This document shows, one piece after another, positions 10,713-23,514 of a stretch of DNA of 61,767 bases (position 1 is the first letter of the stretch; each line of letters opens with the position of its first letter). Source of the DNA: Hydrolagus affinis. Taxonomy: Eukaryota. Location of the stretch: contig JAAILG010000218.1 in NCBI GenBank assembly GCA_012026655.1, positions 62,001 through 123,767 of the forward strand. Reading direction: 5' to 3'. Both the position numbers and the translations under genes were made by a program. A model generated the notes under the pieces. The model was not told where the DNA came from. It saw only the letters and a list, made by a program, of their open reading frames with translations, and did no database searches.

Positions 10713-11174
10713 TTATGATGTTTGTTTATCATTACACAGGATGTTCAAGCCAACCTGTTCAAATTCAGGTAAGCCTCAAAGGAAAATCCAGGCCTGCACA
10801 GAAGTGCTTAAAAGTACAGTGTAACTTCATTACAACAACAACAACAACTTACCCACCTTAGGTTGAGGAGACTAGATTTCTCATGTAGACCTGAGGCATG
10901 CACTTTCTCGTAGTTTGCACATGTACAAACATGAGTATCAAACAATTACATTCTTCAATCTCCAAAAGCTGTTTTCTTTAGAGTCAGCCAATGGCCTGGA
11001 CTAAAGATTGATCTGATCGGGTCAATCTTTGTAAAAACATGTCAAGAACTGGATGACCAAACTCGGAGTTAGCCCCTGGTGGCCAACTGCTACCAGACAG
11101 GGGTCACTTGTTTACCTCAAGTATCAAAACACACAGCTACAATTAGAATGAACACTAACTTTTCTGTCCAGAGT

Positions 11175-11482
11175 TGAGAAAATTGAAAGGGGATCTGATA
11201 GACTGGATGTCGGAAGGCTGAAGTCCAAAACTAGAGGATATAAATATAAGACAGCCAGTAGTAGATCTAATAAGAAGTTCTTCACACAGAGAGTGGTGAG
11301 AATGTGGAATTCACTGTGCCTCAAACTGTGGATGAAGCTAATTGCATAAGGGAGAAGGAAGTGGTGGATGAGGGGGAATAGGAGGAGTGGGGGCTTTAGT
11401 GACATATACATTCACAGTGTCACAGACCAGTTGAGCTAAATGGCCTGTTTTCGTGCTGGATCACTCTATGTAACTATATAAC
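11175..11482 (+). mobile_element. CR1 LINE 3' end, old
   Basis: AAAACTAGAGGATATAAATATAAG..TTCTTCACACAGAGAGTGGTGAGAATGTGGAATTCACT (FFTQRVVRMWNS). 3' UTR GACCAGTTGAGCTAAATGGCCTGTTTTCGTGCTG. Confidence 0.8.
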
Positions 11483-12424
11483 TAATTAAAGGAAACAATT
11501 AACCTGTTTTTTTAACAACAGTTAGAAATATTTACAACAACCGCAATAAACACAAATCCAAAGCCCCGAATTCACTAGAATATCCTTATTTACAGCTTGA
11601 ATACTAAAAACCTGAGCTAAACCATGCTTATTGTAGCAAAAATCAAAGAATTGGATGGTATCAAAATTGTGTTGTGTGCATGCGTGTGCAGGTCATATGT
11701 GTTCAGTATGGAGGCACCTTCTCTTAACACTCTGTTCAGAAATCTTCCTTATATCACTTTTTGCAGTGAACACAAAGTTCCTGCTGGGCCATTTAAAACA
11801 ATTCTGTTCCTTACCAATACACTTTATTTATTTCATAAGACACAAAGAAATCCAAAGGGAGGATTAGATTGCTCTTGCCAGTAGCACAAAGTATCCTCAA
11901 TATAAAAGGAAAAGAGCAGTTATAAAAATGACGCGGAAAATGGAAATAAGCTGCAGGCTGCAGTTATTATGGTAGCAAAGTAGTGACTCTGAGAATTTAA
12001 TGGTTCTGCTAATTACAATATGCGGTGATGAATCAGCGGAATATATAGCAATTCAATACCACTAATTACAGTTTGCAAGTATAAAGTATAGTGGTGCAAA
12101 GAGGGCAGTTAAGCTGTTCTTTCACAAAGATAAACTCAGGAATAAGAGTGTATCTTTAAAACTCAATTTTTTTTAAAGCAAGAATATAAACTGCAGTTTT
12201 CAAAAAACTGTCGGATCATTTGAACAATTTAAGAAGACTATGTTGCTTTGCATGTTCTAAAGGTTTAACGGACATAACCATAATATTATTTCTTTTCAAT
12301 TTTCAGTTTTCCTTGGTTAGAAGAGAAAGGAAACTAGATTTAATTCAATATAGATTTGGAATGTATTAAACAAAGTAAATAATGCTTCAGAGGATCAAAT
12401 GCAAAATTACCTAAAAAGACCAGT

Positions 12425-12659
12425 GGGTAAAACTCCACCTGGGTTTACATTTACTCTATTAATGTTACATTTCAGCATCCAGCATTTGTCAAATTGCATT
12501 CAGTCTTAACTTTGAAGCCAATTTTCTGCGTTTCTTAAAAGAATTTACAGAACACCGATTTCAAAATTAAAACCTGTAGTTAACAATTTGCTAAATATTG
12601 GATGCTCTGAAATGCTATCTTAAAAGAGGAAATCCAGACCCAGGTGAAATTTCTAACCT
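12425..12659. repeat. ~235-bp imperfect palindrome (MITE-like fold-back element)
   Basis: Left arm GGGTAAAACTCCACCTGGGTTTACATTTACTCTATTAATG..CATTTCAGCATCCAGCATTTG..CAAATTG aligns along its full length with the reverse complement of the right arm. Centre near TTCTTAAAAGAA (~12533-12544). Confidence 0.8.
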
Positions 12660-15600
12660 TTGTTTGGACAATTATAAATAAATAATATATATATAATTTT
12701 AGGAGAAACGATATAGTGCTGGTCTATTTACTAGAAATGGAGGGCTCACCACTTGATGTGCTTTGATTGATTAAAAATAAATTGATTGTGATTTAACCTT
12801 TTTAATACAAAATTTCTGTTGAAGGGACAGGACATCACCATATTGGAAGACACTGCAGATTTCAAGCTTGAATGTCCCCTTAATAATATATTTTTCATGC
12901 AAAGGAGCTGTTGATTTCAAACATCGCAAATTGATCTTGAAAGGGAGAATGCTATCACTACAATAATAAAAGGTGGGAAATATTTTAATTTGTTTATTTC
13001 GGATACAACAGGATTTAATAAGTGTCTGTTATAACATGGGCACAAGTTTGGAAAATGCTGTAGCATTAATCTATATAATGTGTGATCTTTTGAATACAGT
13101 CAAACTCTTCAATAGATCCAAATCTATTTTAGTAACTGAGGAATGAAGGTCACGATGATAACAATATAGTGTCTGTGTATAAAGCCTCCTTCCTTCTGAT
13201 TAACAATTTAATTATTTAAATGAGAATGATGTAATGGAGGTTGACTTGAACATAGTGACTTTGTGTCCATGGTGACATTGTTCATGGTATTTGTAAGCAG
13301 AGAGATAAAAGATGTCATGGCAACCTGTATGTTCTAAATAAAATAGCACATAGTCTTCTGGATAGAAAAATAAGGTACAGTTGAAATGAAAGGAGTTGTT
13401 TTTTGAAAAAAAGTGACTAATGCATTTAACTGGAATGACTCAACAGAGAAGCTCAAAGATGTAGGGATGAAGGGTCTTTGGGCTCATTTTATCTTATCCA
13501 AGACTGTCTTCCCATTACAGCATTGAGCTGTTCCTTCAACATTCAGTCCCATTTTAAGACAAGAACAGCACGAGAAAAATCAGATATGGAGCGTCTTATT
13601 TCCTAAAATAATTTAGATACCTAGCTTAAATAAGAAAATAATTGGGTTTTGTTCACATAGCGAGAAAATGATCTCAAAGAATTTCCAGAATAATAACAAG
13701 ATGCATTTTATTCATCTGCTGTGTAATTATGATGGCATTAAAAAGTCACCATAGCACAAATATTAATACTAAAATTAAACTGAAAGCATTGGAAATAAGC
13801 AGAAAATAGCTGAAGTGCTATTGTGCTGCAATATGTTTTTTCCAGCAGTGATTGATGCAGTAGCAATGCACTGCCACTAGATGCCTTTAGGGTAAACTAT
13901 TGACAAGGTGGATTAGTGACATCAAGTGGGAAAGTACTTCACATTTTTCTGTGCTTTAATTACAACAACTAGATACTCTTAAAATAATATTTCACTGCAA
14001 ATTGAGTTGTTTTGGCACATAAAGGCTGACCTCAAGATAACTCAACTGCAGGTTTACCTCTGATATTAGAATTTTATAAAGTGTAATCCTGTTTCATACA
14101 TTGTTATTGCAGTAGATGGACAAGGGTTTTATAATTAAACATTGTGATAATGACACGGTCTGTTTAATTATTGGTTCTTATTGGAAAATAAAGGTCTCGG
14201 CAATGCTTTGTGTATATTAGGGACAATACCTGAAATGGAACTTTAGTAGGACAGTAAATACACGGCTTCAGCTAGAAATGGCTCTTTGAATGACCTTCTT
14301 AGCACTTCCTTCTTCTCTATATTTAAAATTTATATAGCAGATAAAGTGACAAATCCTGTATATTTCTTACAAGTTTGGAGAAAATTAGGTTCATGGGCAG
14401 GAAGGTGGCATAAATCCTTGCAGATGGTACGTTAAAGTAATTTAATGCAGTACAATAGAAGATTAAAAACCACTTGGCTGCATATCCCTTACCAACAGAC
14501 CATTCTTTAATTACCCGATTCCACAGGCAGTGATGGCATTTCAGAAGTTAGCTTTAAGAGCAAATCTGAAAGATACAAGGTTTATGCACTGCACTGGTGT
14601 ATGATTAGTTACCACTTTTACAGCATTTGACTTTTATCAGCACTAGCATACTATAAAAATGAATAGGCTTCATACATCTAGACAATTGCATTTTTAATGG
14701 AACAGACATTAAGCAGATACATAATATTTTGTGTAATGTTGACTTATCTTCTGCTTGCTGACCAGCCATCCACCTCTACTGTCAGGTCTCTTTGAAAGTC
14801 CTTTTCAGACCAAATGCAATTTCGTAATCTTAATACTGGATTTTATAGGAAGAGATTATCCCTCATTCTATATCAATATATTCTATACCCCTCCTGAATG
14901 TTAGTTACCAAGTTATGCCATATGCATGATAGATTAATGTATAGAAGTTGCAGGTAAACAACGCTGAAGGTTGATAGCAGCAAAACAAAACTGGTCTTTG
15001 GGAAAAATAACATGTACGATTGAGAAATTCTGACTTGAAAAACGTTATGTAAATGTAGATTTGTAAGGATTAAAGGTAAAGATTATATATTTTAACCTAT
15101 ATGTAGAATTCTGTCCAGATAGGAATTGTGCCTATGTAACATGTAGCAATATCTAGACTGGTTGGGGTACACCCACACCTTGCCTTTAAACAGCGCCGTT
15201 CACATTGGATAACAGTACTAGTGGTTTGAGGAACTGTAGATCTTAACCCAGCTTGAGTTTGTAAAACTGAACATTAATATGACAAGGCAGCTTCAAGTAT
15301 AACGTACCTCAGCATTGTTCTGACTTGACTCAAATCCACGTCCATAGAAACTGCCAGTTCTGATGATTCCTCAGGACCATCACTAGGGAGGTCTTCTGCT
15401 CAATGGGAATGTGCCGGTGACAGAGGATATTTGCAGGAGAAAACATAATGTCCTCTTTTGGTCGCTGTTGTAGTACTGTTGTTTCAGCATTTGGTACTAC
15501 TTTTGAGGCAAAAAAAGCTGGAGAAAAAAGCTGAATGAATAATTTCATTTGCGGTCAATATTTTTTTTTGCATTTCACAACAGTTCACCAAGTGTCCTTC

Positions 15601-15997
15601 AGGAGATGGGAAGCTGTCCCGACAAAGCTATTCGGATCAATCTCATTGCTCTGGCCTTTCCTCAACAGCCTATGCAGCTATAGAAGCCAATCTCAATTCA
15701 GCTGCTTGGTTTAAGCGGTTGAATATTTCTCTCAATGGAGGCTATTCAGTTGCGTCAATGTCTTCTTGCACCAATTTTCTCATCTCCCCTGTGCAATTAG
15801 CTTGAATTCTAGGGCTAAGATCAGGAAATCAATGATTGGGAAATCATGAGAACAAACCCATCTCCTACTGGGATGGTTCATCACTGTATGTTTCTGCAGC
15901 AACAAATGTTTCTGATTTGTTTCGAACATTCGTTGAAATAAATCACTGATATACAGTACTGTATATCGAGAGGAGAAATCAAACAAGTAATAGGGCA

Positions 15998-16375
15998 ATT
16001 ATTTTCTCTTCCCGTCATGCCTTTTCTTCTCTTCTCTCCTCAGCTCTTTTAAGCCTCGCTCGGCTGTGGTTCTGAATGTCCCCACCTACTCTTCTCCAGC
16101 TCAGCCACGATCGATCTCCATGAATATTCCCAGAACAATAGCTGCAAGCAGACTGTTCTCCTGTAATCTTGTTCTCACTCACGCAAATGCGCTGGTCAGT
16201 GATGAGGAGCAGGAATGCTGGCTAAGGGTTTGCCCTGGAAAGCCTGTGCTGCCCAGGCTAATTGTTGTGTCCGAAAGGATATCCCTGCTGAGATCAGCTA
16301 AATAGGGCATTGAGCGTATGACCTGTTCAGTGTTACATCCAGTGAATATCTTTACTCATGAGGACATCAGGGAGA
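15998..16375 (-). mobile_element. AmnSINE2-like tRNA SINE, old
   Basis: GCTGAGATCAGCTAA, GGAGCAGGAATGCTGGCT, AATCTTGTTCTCAC and a pyrimidine-rich TTCTCTCCTC end match the reverse complement of the AmnSINE2-type consensus as I recall it. Confidence 0.55.
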
Positions 16376-17899
16376 GTGGCAACTTTTTTTTTAATAAGAG
16401 ATAATTACGGAGACATCATAATAATGCTTGGACATAATATTACTTCCCAGCTTATGATATAAGCAGCAGTTGCTCTTAAACAGCATCCTTTCCAGGTACA
16501 CTCTGTGAGTTAACTAGTTCGGATATTATAATAATAATAATTGTTGGATTCAATACAGTGCCTTTCACACTGGAAGGGTATCTCACAAAATTTACTGTAA
16601 AGTGTAGTGACTGACTGTGTCCTTGAAGATTGTACTAATCCTTCAAAACTGTGTTCAAAACTTCGTTGATGTAATTTTCCCTCAATTTCTCAACACGCCC
16701 TCTCCTGCTAAAAAAAATACCAATTGAGAAAAAATTTGGCTTTTATAATGCATCAGTTTCACTACATACACCTGGAATGTAGGCTGAACCAAAAATGGGA
16801 GTCAACATGTTTCTTGTAACTATCAAAAGAAAACCTAACACTTTAAGTATAGGGGGATTAACAGTTACAGTGATCAGTAGCAAATACCAAGAAGCTTAAT
16901 ATATACAGCCAGAGGGATAATTATCTGTAAATTGCCACCAGTGTTCTTCGATTTAATTTATAAAATCTGGTACTTCAAATAAAACTAATCTCATTTAGCA
17001 TTTTCATACAGCTTCTTTTTGAGAGAAAAAAACATATTGCAAATGTAAACTGTAAAGTTATGAATGAGCAGTAGATACAGGGAGGCTGTTAGAACATGTA
17101 CATGAAATAAATGGCGGGGGCCCACCCATTGGAACTCAGCATACAATGTAAATCATTCAACTTGTTCAATGCTACTAACATTACGATCCTTTTACTATTG
17201 CTTGTAGGCACTATTGTTTAATTGATGTAAGATTTATTGACCGTCTGGTATTTCATGACATACAATATTTCTTGCAATTATTTCTATAACAGTTTCTTAT
17301 AACGCGCTACCTTTTGAGTTTAATCAGAAAGTAAATAAGCAGGATAGCCTTAGTCAAGAATGTCTGAAACTTACATTGTCTCATTTTCTTTCAAATATAC
17401 AACTATAATTTCATAGAATCAGATACAACATGTAATTGGTCTAAATTTGGCAATGGCACCACTTGCATGGATAAAATGTTAAAATGTGGTGTAATATTTC
17501 TGAAAGAGGATAAAAGCTAATTTTTTTGGTTCCCTTAGCTGTACTTAAAAACCATTAAAACAAATCTTTTTAACACAATCTCTCAAATTCAGCAACATTT
17601 TCATGAAAGGATGTACAGTATTAAAAAATTACGGTACCTCGTTTTTATTATTCCAGAAATTAATTCCTAAAAAGTTATGGTGAGGCCACCTTGAGAGTTC
17701 ACTAGTCAGATTGTGATTCACTTCTTTCCAGACCTTTTAATAGTTATATCTTTCACCAAGGCGGCTTGCTGGCCCTTTGCTTTGCTTTGATCAGTGCCCC
17801 ATTCAGTCTCCGTCCACCACTAACCTCTCTGCTTCGTTGGATTCTCTTTCCATGCAATAACCTTCGACTCCAAACACGTCACCGAAATTTAAAAAAAAT

Positions 17900-18430
17900 G
17901 TTAGACCTACAGTCATGTAAGATGTGTAGAGTATTCCTCGCACCAGTGTTATTCAGGCAGACCCTTGATAGATTTCTTTGCCCCATTGTTGAACATGTAG
18001 CGCTACTTCCTGCTCTAACTCTGATCAGAATTAGAGTTTCTGAAATAAACTTAAATTCTCCTCCTCCCCAAGTCTATTCCTCATTTGTGACCAAGGAGGT
18101 CTTTGATGAATGCTCCATTTCTAGTGCTACTCTCATTCTCACAACATCAACAATTTCCCTCCCATCCTTACTTCCTTTGCCAACCTATGCATTTGCCAAA
18201 TTACCCTCCACCATTTCGGCCACCTACAAGAGCCAAGAACACTATACTCATCTTGCCGTCTCCTCCCTTTCCCTCACCAGAGTCAGTAGAGAACAAGGCC
18301 TCAGTTCACTCCTTCAACACCCCCAACTCTGGCTGCTCAACAATGGGTACTTTCTCCTGCAATAATAGCAGATGCTGCTCTATTCCATCCAATAAAGCGA
18401 TCCCCAGATCATCATTTCAATTGAAAGGCA
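17900..18430 (+). mobile_element. Penelope-like retroelement relic (RT-GIY-YIG linker region)
   Basis: Across frameshifts: SIP..; YSSFVTKEVFDECSISSATLILT; PPILT; NLCICQITLHHFGHLQE; ILPSPPFP..SVHS..GTFSCNNSRCC..PRSSFQLK. These resemble the fish/shark Penelope segment LHIQRIILRHFRHLQ..IFPSPPL..LVHS..GTFPCNR.RC..P..SFQVK. Confidence 0.6.
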
Positions 18431-19456
18431 GCATCTTCAAACTACTTTGATACTTTAATTAAGATAATGGGATTGAAATGTAAAAGTTTTGTCTGCTCCA
18501 CATCGACTCTACAATGTCATTTTTAATGCTTTAAGTTTACTGTGATTTGTCAGACGGAGGATGTTGAATTAAAGTGACGTTTCATTCCTTTTACTGCAGA
18601 TCACCAAAGTAAGAACATTATATATCTGATGGTGTCCATTTCAATATAACATCCTAGGAACGCCTGTGGTCCATCTTGTAAATCAATGCTTTGAAAGTGA
18701 AACTCTTCAACAAAAGCTTTGTGTCCTGTTATTATGTGTCTAAAGTTGTTTCCTTTCATTTCTAAATATATTAGAAGATGACAGGACACTACAGTAAGAG
18801 GAGTGAAGAGCCTTGTACAAAATCTAAGCATTTCATTTGCAACATTTTCTTTAAAAATTGAAAAATGCAACCCGTAATTGCATTAAATGATTGCCTATTT
18901 CTACTCAAAGGTTGAATATTATGGAAAGAATAGAATTTGCTGCATTTAAGATAAACTACACATGAACACTGATGACTGATGACTCAAACTAATCCAAAGT
19001 AGAGAGAAGTTCAGTCTCACACGGAAATCCCATCCTTTGTCACCTTGCCTCTACATTGTCTGATTCTCTGATGTCCCTGATAATGAAGCATTATTACAAG
19101 GTCAACTGAACATATTACTGAATTATTGAAAGCTAGGGTTAAGATTAGTAGTAACTCTAGTAGTTCATCTTGGTCACAGATTCAGTTACAGCATTCTTGT
19201 GTTGATCGTGTATGAAAAGTTAAATAAGACTTCATTCTCTGCAACACTGTAGTATTTAGTTCACTAAGAAATAACCTATAATCAGCTCTTAAAAAGCAGC
19301 ATTAATAATACATGGTAAACTATCTTGTTAAAAGGGATTGCTGAGAATATTGCAAACAGATTAATACCAATTTGTGCTATATCAATTCATAATGTAGTTA
19401 AACTGATAGTGCAAAAAAAGAGGAAGATCGATCTGAAAGGGATATTACGAATGGAT

Positions 19457-19515
19457 GTGCTCTGAGACGCCATCCGGCGTGGAGGGCGCTATATAAATCG
19501 AAGTTGTTGTTGTTG
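19457..19515 (+). mobile_element. ~60-bp L2-type 3' stem-loop insertion with 6-bp TSD
   Basis: GTGCTCTGAGACGCCATCCGGCGTGGAGGGCGCTATATAAATCGAAG(TTG)n, flanked by TGGATG at 19452-19457 and 19514-19519. Confidence 0.8.
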
Positions 19516-20734
19516 GATGAATCCAAACAAGTGGTGCACTACACTTATTTTTTCTAAGATAGTCTATTTCTCTTGTTCCAGCCAGTCATATTTGCAACTG
19601 CAACTAAAATATCATATCATCACACATTCCCACCTCAGTGAGCAGATACATGGATACAGTAGGTATGGTTGATATCAGCAGGTATCAGAATGAATCAATA
19701 TTTTGGAGTCAATAATAAAAATCATCCTTATATTTGATATAGTGCCTTTCACGTCAGGACAACACATCAAAGTGCTTCACAGGATATCCTGGAAAGTGCA
19801 GTGATTGTGTCCTGCTTGACTGCCATTGATAATTAGAAAGCATTTGTACCCATGTGGGAAAATACAGTGTTTGAAGGAAGCTGTTAAATGACTATATAAA
19901 CTCACTGGTCCACTGCATTGAAGACGACACCAAGAGCAATGCCAGGGAACAGCTGCTCATGGCTGTTAAAATGCATGCAGTGGATCCAAGAAACACAATT
20001 CTTCAATCACCTCTTTACTGCAGAAAACTGATTGTCTCCTACAACGTCCTGCAACTTACTGGAAATTCCCTGCAGCATAATAGTTGTGGGCAGACGTGAT
20101 CTTTATTGTTACTGATGGTTTGAAAAGTTCTCTCTCAGCCTCCCATTATAAGCTAAATTGACCTTTCCCCCTTTCTATCATCACAGATTTTCACAGTGGT
20201 TTCCAAAGGGTGGAGAGCACCGCTACTGTATAAACGGCTAATTCTTCCATTGGTAACATTTCTCTACATTCCACACAGTTTATGCACACCGTTGCTAAAT
20301 GTGATGAACACAAGAATGTAATGCCCAAGGATATAATCTTTTCAGCGCCACAGACGTTGAATTACAACAGTAAAACATCCCTTTCTGTTGTAGGTCAGCA
20401 TCTACTGTAAACCTTAACTGCAAGGATTGATGAAGCATTGAATATAAGTAAAAGCATGTAATACCCCACACACCCCCAACCCAGTTAAATTGCTCCGAAA
20501 CACATAAAGTTGAAGGCAGAACAGAGTCTCTAGCCTTGCCGAGGTATTGTAACAAAGCTGTCAAAATGACATGCAATTTCATATGTTGGGATTATTGACT
20601 TTTTAGAAGATTGTTGTAAAATGAATAATAAATATTTATTTCACACAAAAATAACTGAATCAACTCTCTCACTGGTCCAAGTGGCCATTGACACTAACAC
20701 TGATTTGGTGGGATTTTTGATGTCTTCCTTTGAC

Positions 20735-21223
20735 AGGTCAGTCAGACTATATCTGAAGAACTGCGTTCAGTTTTGGGCACCAAACCTCAGGAAAGATGTA
20801 TTGCCCCTGGAGGGAGATTAGGAGTTGAGGGGTAATTTGATTGATGTATTTAAAATGATAAAGGAATTCGCTAGGAAAGATACAGAGAACTATTTTCTCT
20901 GGTGGGGGAATGCAAAACAATGGGACATAGTCTTAAAATTAGAACCAGACAATTTAAGATTGAAATCAGGAAGCATTTTTTCACTCAAGGGGTGATAGAA
21001 ATCTGGAATTCTCTCCACCAAAAGGTCGTAGATGCTGGATCCATCCACACCTTCAAAAGTGAGGTTGATAGATTTTTGGTAGGTCAGGGTATTAAAGGAT
21101 ATGGGGAGAAAGCGGGAAATTGGAATTGAAAGGATTAGTTGAGGTACAGATCAGTCATGATCTAATTAAATGGCGGAACAGGCTTTCAAGGGCTGAATTA
21201 CCGACTCCTGTTCTTATGTTCCT
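20735..21223 (+). mobile_element. CR1 LINE 3' fragment with internal deletion
   Basis: VRLYLKNCVQFWAPNLRKDVLPLE jumps to LRGNLIDVFKMIKE, followed by GECKTMGHSLKIR..RKHFFTQGVIEIWNSL..FKSEVDRFL. Tail CCTGTTCTTATGTTCCTA. Confidence 0.92.
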
Positions 21224-23394
21224 AGGTATAAAGTTGTAGAGCAGAACTGAACATGCAAACTGTCTTTCTGGAAAGTTGCCACACAGTGATCTCGATGAGC
21301 AAGTGAGAGAGGACTAATCAGAAGTTTATTTTCTCTTTGCAACGGACCATGATTATCTGCCATAATTGGAAAGACTTGAAATTCTTCTCACCTTGCTGAC
21401 ATCGATTGTTTTGCCCACAAATAAAAAATTCACTTTACAGTATATTCTGTGAAGCTTTGAAACATCTGGAAGACTTGGGAAGCGCTATATAAAATACATG
21501 GGTTATTATTATTATTATCAGCTCTTCCTCCTTCCTCCTTCCCTCTCAAAGTACTGGCCATTGAGACTCACAAGTGAGCTGGTAGGCATGAGTTCTACAT
21601 GGTCTCATTCACTGATAGCGGTGGGGGTCCTGCACATTTCTTAAGTTGCTGCATTGCTAGTTTAAAGGCAATCCTCAAAGAGTGAGGTTTCACAAAGCAC
21701 CCCAGTAATATTATGTTTTCGCAGGAGTCACCTGTTGAAACTTAACATTAAGCCAATAAAAGAATTGAAACTTTCTTTACAGCAAAGAACCGGGGCTCAC
21801 AGAATTTTCTAAGCAATGACATTTGCAAGAACTTCACAAACAAACCTACCGAGGGTGGAGGCACAACCAACCAACATGCTGTGCACTGAATATTTATTGG
21901 ATAAACACGGGGAAAAAAAATGCAGGAAACAAAGGGAGAGACATACAAAGACTGGGATATTAGGTTATCAATTAACTGAACAAGTGCTGTGCAAAAAACA
22001 AATATTTATTTATGGCAACTCCATTCTTAAACAGTGCTTACCAAATCTAGTTTCTCCGAGAATATACTCTAAGGCTGAACAAAATGTCAGGCACTATTAG
22101 CTCAGAAAGGAAGTTCAAACATGACCTGATACATAAAGCAGCTTGTGTAACTCAGGTTGAAAGGTTTTCAGGTGAGCAGCACTCAATCTTTTAAAAGGGC
22201 ATTGGCTTGAATACACAACTACGAGGGATATAAATGGCCAAATGCTAAGATTAAAGCTTTGTATCATGTCTTTGGCTGGCGTATGCATGTCAATGACATA
22301 CTGAGATCTGAAGAAGTGACCGGTGCCTAAAGCACACACCTTTCTTCTTTTGTAATGAAACATTCTGTTCTCTTATCTGAAGTTCAAGGAAATATTTGCA
22401 TCAGATGTTCAGAGCTGATGAAGAGAGTCTTTGAAGATGAAAATTTGGAACTATTGATCAACAATTGACAACTCAAATAGAAATTTTATATCAGATGAGA
22501 ACAGCCCATATATAATTTATGGCTGAGCCAAATATGAGTGACAGGGGAACAGTAGGAGATTTCAGTGCAATATTGATTACTCTAAAAAACTGAGAAAGGC
22601 ATCACGCTGTGGGCTGGAAGGATACAGTGACAGAGTGGAAGAGGTAGAGAGAGGGGGCATGGGGGGAAAAAAAATGCAGAGAGAAAAAAGCAAAACCATT
22701 ATGCTACCAGATACTAGTAGCTCAGGAAGTGCAGTAGACAGTCAGGTAGAGAGTACTGGTCTCCTACACTGCTCTCGATCAATAAAACCATGTCAAAACA
22801 TAAAATGCATGCTTTTGCTCTTAAGTAAAAGGTTCCAAGATTTTTTAAAAGCATTGATTTGTTAGATCGATGGAAATCTGGGCATATTTTCCTGTGGAAG
22901 GAGCACAAATAATCACACTTTCCAGATAATAGCACAATAGAAAGGACTGGGGACCAAGGGTATAAATGCTATGTATGTACCTGTTTCTCTCCTCAGTAAA
23001 GGTCAAAGACACAGAAAACAGGTTTCAATATTATTTCAATTTCATTACTTCAGGAGGTAGAAAATAACAGTATTTACTCTTGAACAGAAACATTTAACCA
23101 CTTTACTCCTGGATGTTTTGGGGTTTAACTGAGCTGCTAATGTCTGCTTTTCATTTATCTGGACAACTGCACTGCACAACAATTTTTTTTCAAGTGAGCA
23201 TTGTACGTATACACTGGAATTGTGAGCAAAGAGTTGATAAATACTAGCTGCAAAGCTAGCTTAGTTGCTCGGGAATTCTTGAGGTTTAATTGAAAACGTG
23301 TAGGAAAATTTATCTTAGACTAAGGCCAACAATTAATGGATTAACGCGTTAAAATGCACACAACTGTTCCCATTTATTCTTTGACTGTACTTAC

Positions 23395-23514
23395 GGCCAA
23401 CTTCCCCCCCCCCCCTTCCTCCCCATCCCCACTAGCAGCTCGCAGTCAGGCTCCGTTAAATGTTTTGAGATGTTACTCAGCTTGGAGGGCACTATATAAA
23501 TGCAAGTTGTTGTA
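23395..23514 (+). mobile_element. L2-type 3' tail fragment
   Basis: C-rich tract, then TTTTGAGATG..TTGGAGGGCACTATATAAATGCAAGTTGTTG. Confidence 0.6.

Noticed and set aside
10740-10768. 29-nt exon candidate CAG|GATG...CAG|GTAAGC
   Set aside because: Weak polypyrimidine tract next to a SINE tail, not a multiple of three, and an unrecognised peptide.
13872-13886. CTCF-like site GCCACTAGATGCC (also CACCACTAGATGA near 43229)
   Set aside because: Mismatch in the conserved GG(C/T)GC end of the motif; expected by chance.
15308-15517. Minus-strand 210-nt exon-like unit (TTTTTTCTCCAG ... GAG|GTACGT)
   Set aside because: Stop codons in all three frames and no partner exons. It could be non-coding, but nothing supports that.
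22564-22585. Seed-like matches to known miRNAs (e.g. CAGTGCAATATT; TAATCTCTGCAG at ~49024)
   Set aside because: The matches stop after about 12 nt and no precursor hairpin is evident.
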